Shown here piece after piece: positions 58,274 to 64,000 of a stretch of DNA of 64,000 nt. This stretch comes from Flavobacteriales bacterium. Lineage in GTDB: Bacteria; Bacteroidota; Bacteroidia; Flavobacteriales; UBA7312. Under the pieces are notes generated by a model that was not told the DNA's origin, searched no databases, and saw only the letters and a list, made by a program, of their open reading frames with translations. Where the stretch lies: contig JBMHCD010000007.1 in the NCBI GenBank assembly GCA_049890095.1, positions 16,422 to 80,421 on the forward strand, written 5' to 3'. Both the position numbers and the translations under genes were made by a program. Numbering within the stretch: position 1 is the first letter of the stretch; the number at the start of each line of letters is the position of its first letter.

Positions 58274-59461
58274 ATGAAAACCATATACGACTTTAACTTT
58301 AAAAATAAAAAAGCACTCATAAGGGTAGATTTTAATGTTCCTATGAACGATAAGCTTGAAATTACTGACGACTCTAGAATAAGAGCTGCCTTACCTACAG
58401 TCAATAAAGTTTTATCGGATGGCGGATCAGTAGTTTTGATGTCTCATAGAGGTCGTCCTAAAGCAAAAGAGGAAAGTTTGTCAATGGCTCATTTACTACC
58501 GCATTTGGAAAAATTATTAGACCAAGATGTTCTGTTTAGTGATGATTGTATTGGTGAAAAAACCGAAAATAAAGTCAAAAAACTTAAGTCTAATGATGTG
58601 TTAATGTTAGAAAATTTACGTTTTTATGACCAAGAAACTAAAGGTGATGCGAACTTTGCTGGACAGCTTTCAAGATTAGGCGATATCTACATAAACGACG
58701 CATTCGGAACTGCCCATAGAGCCCACGCCTCTACGGCTATTATTGCTTCATATTTTGGAAAAAATAAATGTTTCGGAAAGTTGATGCACGATGAAATCAC
58801 TAACATAGATAAAATACTCAAAAATGCTAAACGTCCTCTAACTGCTATTATGGGGGGGGCAAAAGTTTCAAGTAAAATTACCATTATATCTAGATTAATG
58901 GATACTGTAGACAACCTCATAATCGGTGGAGGAATGACCTATACTTTTATAAAGGCTTTAGGTGGATCCGTAGGAAGCTCATTAGTAGAAAACGACAAGC
59001 TTGATCTTGCACTAGATATACTCAAACTTGCAAAAGAAAAAAATGTTAACTTATTATTACCATCTGATTCGTTAAATGGTAATTCCTTTAGTAATGATGC
59101 TAATATCCTCTCATCGAAAATAGATGACGTTCAAGATGGCTATATGGGTTTGGATATAGAAAAAGAAACTATTGCTAACTTCAAAAAAACAATTGAAAGC
59201 TCTGGTGCAGTTCTTTGGAATGGTCCGATGGGTGTTTTCGAAATGGAAAATTTTTCTCATGGAACAAAGTCTATTGCACAGGCTTTAGTTAAAGCCACTG
59301 AAAAAGGGGCTTTTACGCTAGTTGGAGGTGGAGACTCTGTTGCTGCAATTAATAAGTATAATTTATCTGATAAAGTAAGCTATGTTTCCACAGGGGGAGG
59401 AGCTATGCTTGAATATTTAGAAGGAAAAACCTTACCTGGTATTGCTGCAATTACCGAATAG
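58274..59461 (+). CDS. pgk: phosphoglycerate kinase
   Basis: The ATG at 58274 is used. Motifs are RVDFNVP, SHRGRPK, NDAFGTAHRAHAST and GGGD. Confidence 0.96.
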   Translation: MKTIYDFNFKNKKALIRVDFNVPMNDKLEITDDSRIRAALPTVNKVLSDGGSVVLMSHRGRPKAKEESLSMAHLLPHLEKLLDQDVLFSDDCIGEKTENKVKKLKSNDVLMLENLRFYDQETKGDANFAGQLSRLGDIYINDAFGTAHRAHASTAIIASYFGKNKCFGKLMHDEITNIDKILKNAKRPLTAIMGGAKVSSKITIISRLMDTVDNLIIGGGMTYTFIKALGGSVGSSLVENDKLDLALDILKLAKEKNVNLLLPSDSLNGNSFSNDANILSSKIDDVQDGYMGLDIEKETIANFKKTIESSGAVLWNGPMGVFEMENFSHGTKSIAQALVKATEKGAFTLVGGGDSVAAINKYNLSDKVSYVSTGGGAMLEYLEGKTLPGIAAITE

Positions 59462-59978
59462 ATTTTTCAATCTTTTCTATTTTTTCTTTAGCACCTTTAA
59501 TTAGCTGGCTCGAATCTGTAGAATCGTTTACCAACATAGGGACTAAAGAGGAAATTGGTTTATACAAAACAGATTTTTTCTGATCTTGAATTGGCAGTAC
59601 ACCAAGCTGATTATCTATAGTGTTGAAGACCAATAATATTGAACTTAAAACAAATGCCACCTTCAATACTCCAAAAACAGCTCCAAAAATACGACTTAAA
59701 AAAGTTAATGATACCAGTTCAAGAATCTTGTCTAATATTAGACCAAGCAATCGCACTAAAAGAACGATAAGTATAAGTGTAATCGAGAACAAAACAACTG
59801 CTTGATAGTCTGAATCAATAGAAATAAATGGTTGCAGTTGATCTGAAAAACGGACTGCTCCATATATCCCTAATATCAATGCCAAAAGCGAACTTATCTC
59901 TTTTACAATTCCTCGAGAAACTCCCTTATACAGCCCCCACAAAAGAGGAACGGCCAAAACAATATCTATATAATTCAT
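59451..59978 (-). CDS. cvpA: CvpA-family membrane protein
   Basis: 175 aa. It has four hydrophobic helices and an N-terminal MNYIDIVLAVPLLWGLYKG typical of CvpA. It is convergent with pgk with an 11-nt overlap. Confidence 0.75.
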   Translation of the reverse strand: MNYIDIVLAVPLLWGLYKGVSRGIVKEISSLLALILGIYGAVRFSDQLQPFISIDSDYQAVVLFSITLILIVLLVRLLGLILDKILELVSLTFLSRIFGAVFGVLKVAFVLSSILLVFNTIDNQLGVLPIQDQKKSVLYKPISSLVPMLVNDSTDSSQLIKGAKEKIEKIEKSIR

Positions 59979-59995
59979 ATCGTTTTCAAAAATAC

Positions 59996-60003
59996 TATTT
60001 TTG
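59996..60003 (+). promoter_or_regulatory. candidate -7 element TAnnTTTG immediately upstream of a hypothetical gene
   Basis: TATTTTTG ends 4 nt before the ATG at 60008. Confidence 0.3.
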
Positions 60004-60007
60004 ACAG

Positions 60008-60334
60008 ATGAATGACAACATAAAAACAGCGTGGCAAAAATTAGTTAAAAAACTTGAAGCTCGTTTTGGTGATGATCTAGACTTACAATCTATTTTATTT
60101 TTAATCGGATTACAAGAACTAGGCATGGGCTACCAAAAACTAAATAAAAATCAAAAACTAGATGTTATACATGTTGCTGTTTGTGCCTTACTAAGTCAAT
60201 GGGGGTACTACATTTTTGATGGCCATGACAAGGACGGCTGGCCACACTGGAAAGAATCTGAAAAATTACCTTTCCTTAAGGCTAAAGATCAAGAAAAATT
60301 AATGAAAGAAGCCATAATTGAATATTTCAATTAA
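60008..60334 (+). CDS. hypothetical protein (108 aa)
   Basis: ORF only. It has a promoter-like motif upstream. No family is recognised. Confidence 0.45.
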   Translation: MNDNIKTAWQKLVKKLEARFGDDLDLQSILFLIGLQELGMGYQKLNKNQKLDVIHVAVCALLSQWGYYIFDGHDKDGWPHWKESEKLPFLKAKDQEKLMKEAIIEYFN

Positions 60335-60687
60335 TACGCTAACAACTGAACATTTTTATTAATTGTTTTACCATATGTAAAACGAATTGTTGACTGACCA
60401 TAGTATAATGTGTCTAAGCCTGAAACAAAAACAGCGTCTATATTCATAACAGCTTCTTTTTCTAATAAATGCTCGCTTTGTCCATTCTCATCTGTTGTTT
60501 GCTCACTTATCACATAAGTTTGGTTAATCCCAGGAATATCTTCTTGTGTTAATCTGACATTTACGCCCGCTTTTGTATTTCCATCAGGATCATAAACAGT
60601 AATCACACCTTTCGTTATTGGTTCTTTATAACACGAAGAAAACAAAAGGGCAAAAAACAATAATGGTAATAAAAACGTTCTTTTCAT
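60331..60687 (-). CDS. hypothetical lipoprotein (118 aa)
   Basis: The signal peptide has a lipobox (LFSSC). It is beta-rich, with a carboxypeptidase-regulatory-like segment (GVITVYDPDGNTKAGVNVRL). Confidence 0.5.
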   Translation of the reverse strand: MKRTFLLPLLFFALLFSSCYKEPITKGVITVYDPDGNTKAGVNVRLTQEDIPGINQTYVISEQTTDENGQSEHLLEKEAVMNIDAVFVSGLDTLYYGQSTIRFTYGKTINKNVQLLAY

Positions 60688-60705
60688 AATAACATGATTA
60701 TTTGT

Positions 60706-60713
60706 TAAATTTG
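60706..60713 (+). promoter_or_regulatory. candidate -7 element TAnnTTTG for PPIase-pheS
   Basis: TAAATTTG lies 28 nt before the ATG at 60742. Confidence 0.3.
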
Positions 60714-60741
60714 CTAACAGTTAACAAAGATAGTAATTCCA

Positions 60742-61401
60742 ATGAAAAAGTATTTAATTCTTTCTTTTGCACTAATATTTTCGTTAGTAGCACATAGTCA
60801 GAAAAAAACGAATGTACTCATAAAAACAAATATGGGTAACATGATTGTTGAATTATATAATGAAACGCCCTTACATAGAGATAACTTTATAAAATTAGTA
60901 AAAGAAGGTTATCTTGAAAACTGCTTATTTCATAGAGTTATTCCAAACTTTATGATTCAAGGTGGAGATCCAAACTCTAAAACTGCTGAATCTGGGGCTA
61001 CGCTAGGTAATGGTGGTCCTGGCTATACTATTAACGCTGAATTTGTTCCAAAATATTTTCACAAAAAAGGAGCTTTAGCTGCAGCAAGAAAAGGAGATCA
61101 TATAAATTCAGAAAAGGCATCATCAGGCTCTCAATTTTATATTGTTGATGGAAGTGTTTTTGATAATGAACGACTTGATTTATACGAACAAAAATTAGGC
61201 ATTTCTTTTAGTAAAGAACAACGAGAAGCCTATACCACAGTTGGTGGAGTTCCTCATTTAGATGGAGCCTACACCGTTTTTGGCCAAGTCATTGATGGTT
61301 TGGACGTCATTACAAAAATTGCCAATATGAAAAGAGATGAAAACGATAGGCCAATTGTAGATTTAAATATGAAATTGAAAATCATTAATACTAAACAATG
61401 A
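60742..61401 (+). CDS. cyclophilin-type peptidyl-prolyl cis-trans isomerase (secreted)
   Basis: 219 aa with a signal peptide. The sequence [15 protein letters not shown] is present. Confidence 0.9.
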   Translation: MKKYLILSFALIFSLVAHSQKKTNVLIKTNMGNMIVELYNETPLHRDNFIKLVKEGYLENCLFHRVIPNFMIQGGDPNSKTAESGATLGNGGPGYTINAEFVPKYFHKKGALAAARKGDHINSEKASSGSQFYIVDGSVFDNERLDLYEQKLGISFSKEQREAYTTVGGVPHLDGAYTVFGQVIDGLDVITKIANMKRDENDRPIVDLNMKLKIINTKQ

Positions 61402-62417
61402 TCAATCAAGTCGAAAAACACCTTGAAGAAGTTGCTGCTTTTTCTCCTAAAAATAACGAAGACCTAGAGCTTTTTAGAATTAAATACCTCAGCAAAAAGG
61501 GAATCATGACAGACCTTTTTGGTGCTTTTAAACAGGTTCCAAAGGAGCAAAAAAAGGATTTTGGCCAGGCGTTAAACAAGCTAAAAAATGCGATACAAGA
61601 AAAGCTAGATAAACATAAATCTCAATTTGAACAAAGTGTAAAGCAATCTAGTGGATTAGACTTGTCAATGCCTGTTTCTCTAGATAATTTAGGAAGTAGA
61701 CATCCGTTATCAATTGTAAGAAATGAAATTGTAGACATATTTAAACGTATTGGGTTTAGTATTTCCGAAGGGCCAGAAATAGAGGATGATTGGCACAATT
61801 TTACCGCTTTAAACTTGCCTGAAGAACATCCTGCTAGAGATATGCAAGACACTTTTTTTATTCAAACTAATCCAGATATTTTACTCAGAACTCACACCTC
61901 TTCTGTTCAAGTTAGGTATATGGAAAAAAACGAACCCCCTATTAGAACAATTTCTCCTGGAAGAGTATACAGAAACGAAGCTATTTCGGCAAGAGCCCAT
62001 TGTATTTTTCATCAGGTTGAAGGATTATATATTGATAAAAATGTTTCATTTGCCGATCTAAAACAAGCATTATTATACTTTGCTAAAGAAATGTTTGGAG
62101 AAAAAACTAAAATCAGGCTAAGACCTTCCTACTTTCCGTTTACAGAACCAAGTGCTGAAGTAGATGTTTCATGTAATATCTGTTCTGGAAAAGGATGCAA
62201 TGTTTGTAAATATACTGGCTATCTAGAAATATTGGGTTGTGGAATGGTAGATCCCAATGTTCTTAAAAACTGTGGTATAGACCCTGAAATATATAGTGGA
62301 TATGCATTTGGCATGGGTGTTGAGCGAATAGCTATGCTTAAATATCAAGTTAAGGATTTGCGAATGTTCTTCGAAAATGACGTTCGCTTTCTAAAACAAT
62401 TTAACGCTTCCTTTTAG
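61398..62417 (+). CDS. pheS: phenylalanine--tRNA ligase subunit alpha
   Basis: 339 aa. Class II motifs are [17 protein letters not shown] and GMGVERI. It overlaps the PPIase stop by 4 nt. Confidence 0.96.
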   Translation: MINQVEKHLEEVAAFSPKNNEDLELFRIKYLSKKGIMTDLFGAFKQVPKEQKKDFGQALNKLKNAIQEKLDKHKSQFEQSVKQSSGLDLSMPVSLDNLGSRHPLSIVRNEIVDIFKRIGFSISEGPEIEDDWHNFTALNLPEEHPARDMQDTFFIQTNPDILLRTHTSSVQVRYMEKNEPPIRTISPGRVYRNEAISARAHCIFHQVEGLYIDKNVSFADLKQALLYFAKEMFGEKTKIRLRPSYFPFTEPSAEVDVSCNICSGKGCNVCKYTGYLEILGCGMVDPNVLKNCGIDPEIYSGYAFGMGVERIAMLKYQVKDLRMFFENDVRFLKQFNASF

Positions 62418-62449
62418 TGTTTTTACAATAAATAAGATAAACTGGATTA

Positions 62450-63595
62450 ATGAAAATTGCAATTATTGGAACAGCCTTTCCCTACAGAGGAGGATTGGCC
62501 GACTTCAACGAGCGGTTAGCTCAAGAAATGCAAAATGATAGACATCAAGTTGATATATATTCCTTTAGCCTACAATACCCCAATTTTATTTTCCCTGGAA
62601 AATCTCAATATAGAAAAGAGCCTAAACCAACCAATTTACAAATTTCAAGAGTGTTGAGCTCTGTAAATCCATTTAGCTGGATAAAGACAGGACAACAATT
62701 AAAGAAAAAAAAATACGACTTGTTGATTATCCCTTACTGGCTTCCGTTTATGAGCCCTTGTTTATCTACTGTGGCTTACACAGCCAGAAAAAACAGTTCG
62801 TCAAAAATTATTTCGATTGTACACAACATGACTCCTCATGAAAGAAGGCTCGGAGATCGTTTTTTTAGTAAATTATTTATACAGCAATGCGATGCTTTTA
62901 TAGCATTGTCAAAATCTGTTTTAACAGATATAAATTCATTCAATAGTACCAAACCAAAAAGCCTTTCTCCTCACCCTGTTTATGATAATTTTGGCAAAGA
63001 AATTTCTAAAGAAGAAGCTTTAAAAAACCTATCACTTGACCCTAACTTTAGTTATATTTTATTTTTTGGTTTAATTAGAGACTACAAAGGTTTAGACCTC
63101 TTACTTAAGGCATTACCCACATTAAAAAACCAAAACGTTAAATTAATAATTGCAGGAGAGTATTATTCAAATAAAGAATATTACCAATCCATTATCAAAC
63201 AAAACAATCTAGAAAATAAAGTTATCGAAATCAATCAGTTTATACCTAATGATGAAGTTAAAAATTATTTTTGCGTTTGCGACCTAGTGGTCCAACCATA
63301 TAAATCTGCTACTCAGAGTGGGGTTACACAAATTGCTTATCACTTCAACAAACCAATGATAGTAACAAATGTAGGCGGACTGAAAGAAATGTGTCCAAAC
63401 AACAAGGTTGGTTATGTTGTAGAGCCTAATCATATACAAGTTGGCAAGGCAATAAATCGCTTTTTTGAAGAAGCAGATATTGATGAATTAACTCATAATA
63501 TTCTAAAAGAAAAGAAAAAATATAGCTGGAAAACTTTTGCTAAAGAAGTTTATTCATTATCACAAAAAATAACGACAAATGAAAAACATCATTAA
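62450..63595 (+). CDS. family 4 (GT-B, group 1) glycosyltransferase
   Basis: 381 aa. The sequence FFGLIRDYKGLDLLL is present, and the C-terminal region has an E-x7-E-like motif (GGLKEMCPNNKVGYVVE). Confidence 0.85.
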   Translation: MKIAIIGTAFPYRGGLADFNERLAQEMQNDRHQVDIYSFSLQYPNFIFPGKSQYRKEPKPTNLQISRVLSSVNPFSWIKTGQQLKKKKYDLLIIPYWLPFMSPCLSTVAYTARKNSSSKIISIVHNMTPHERRLGDRFFSKLFIQQCDAFIALSKSVLTDINSFNSTKPKSLSPHPVYDNFGKEISKEEALKNLSLDPNFSYILFFGLIRDYKGLDLLLKALPTLKNQNVKLIIAGEYYSNKEYYQSIIKQNNLENKVIEINQFIPNDEVKNYFCVCDLVVQPYKSATQSGVTQIAYHFNKPMIVTNVGGLKEMCPNNKVGYVVEPNHIQVGKAINRFFEEADIDELTHNILKEKKKYSWKTFAKEVYSLSQKITTNEKHH

Positions 63596-64000
63596 AAACA
63601 ACTTAAATGAGTCTGTTGAAATAAACCGAAAAATGTTAGACGACAATACTCTTATTGAGAGTGTTCAACTAGCTACTCAAACAATCATTTCTCGTTTTGA
63701 AAATGGTTATAAGTTGTTATTATGTGGAAATGGGGGCTCCGCTGCTGACGCACAACACATTGCTTCTGAATTTACAGGAAAGTATTATACAGATAGAGAG
63801 CCCCTAAACGCAGAGGCACTACACACAGACACGTCTTACCTAACAGCGGTTTCAAACGACTATGGTTATCAAGATATATTTTCACGAATGATTAAAGCTA
63901 AGGCTACAAAAGGTGATATTTTAATAGCTTTATCTACTTCTGGAAACTCTAAAAATGTTGTTGCTGCTTTACATAAAGCAAAAGAAATGGGAGTGTTTAC
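63579..64000 (+). CDS. gmhA: D-sedoheptulose-7-phosphate isomerase (SIS domain), 3' end cut by window edge
   Basis: The frame is open from the ATG at 63579 to the window end, so it is absent from the ORF track for lack of a stop. Motifs are LLCGNGGSAADAQHIASEF and ALSTSGNS. It overlaps the GT4 stop by 17 nt. Confidence 0.85.
   Translation, partial: MKNIIKNNLNESVEINRKMLDDNTLIESVQLATQTIISRFENGYKLLLCGNGGSAADAQHIASEFTGKYYTDREPLNAEALHTDTSYLTAVSNDYGYQDIFSRMIKAKATKGDILIALSTSGNSKNVVAALHKAKEMGVF

Noticed and set aside
58210-58404. The N-terminal 65-aa extension of the holB ORF given in the ORF track.
   Set aside because: The extension is hydrophobic and unlike delta' proteins, and it would overlap the divergent pgk gene and its promoter region. 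The ATG at 58209 gives a canonical delta' N-terminus.
60008-60687. The convergent, 4-nt-overlapping pair of small ORFs (108 aa and a 118-aa lipoprotein) as a toxin-antitoxin or immunity pair.
   Set aside because: The genes are convergent rather than co-directional. One is an exported lipoprotein, and neither shows a nuclease, PIN, HEPN, RelE or antitoxin DNA-binding motif.
1-64000. A search for CRISPR arrays, tRNA or rRNA genes, IS elements, transposases, integrases and phage genes.
   Set aside because: None of the spacers have tRNA-like GC-rich cloverleaf potential. No regularly spaced repeats are visible. No ORF shows a DDE transposase, tyrosine or serine recombinase, or phage structural signature.

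Overview
Dense, AT-rich chromosomal segment that looks Flavobacteriia-like (Bacteroidota). The call rests on gldH, T9SS type A and B C-terminal sorting domains, TAnnTTTG promoter motifs and the absence of Shine-Dalgarno-like leaders. I support about 58 protein-coding genes. I found no rRNA, tRNA, CRISPR array, transposase, integrase or prophage genes. Most of the window is housekeeping: the tail of the suf Fe-S operon (sufCDSE plus DUF59, DUF2480 and DUF3050), purF, ileS-dksA-like-lspA, asd, uvrC, gpsA, lysS, lipB, pgk, pheS, and a tightly packed holB-ricT-gldH-PBP1A-scoAB string. The accessory or less ordinary parts are as follows. (1) A divergent kynurenine-branch cluster (3-hydroxyanthranilate dioxygenase and an ACMSD-like decarboxylase facing an atypical SDR and an aldehyde dehydrogenase). 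(2) A small barrel-like protein followed by a secreted CotH-kinase-family protein with a lamin-tail domain and a T9SS CTD. (3) An N-glycopeptide end-game cluster (GH92 mannosidase, ROK kinase, glycosylasparaginase) with cutC embedded in it. (4) A umuDC pair. (5) An orphan neuA-neuB-neuC nonulosonic (sialic) acid cluster, preceded by a FemAB/GNAT-like ORF, with no recognisable transferase. (6) A sulfotransferase-like gene coupled to asd. (7) An unusually long convergent spacer containing a plus-strand-specific terminator that may mark a small RNA. I do not see a convincing new multi-gene system such as a defence island. The best leads are functional hypotheses drawn from gene context, and they are labelled as such. 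All family assignments come from motif recognition by eye, not from database searches.
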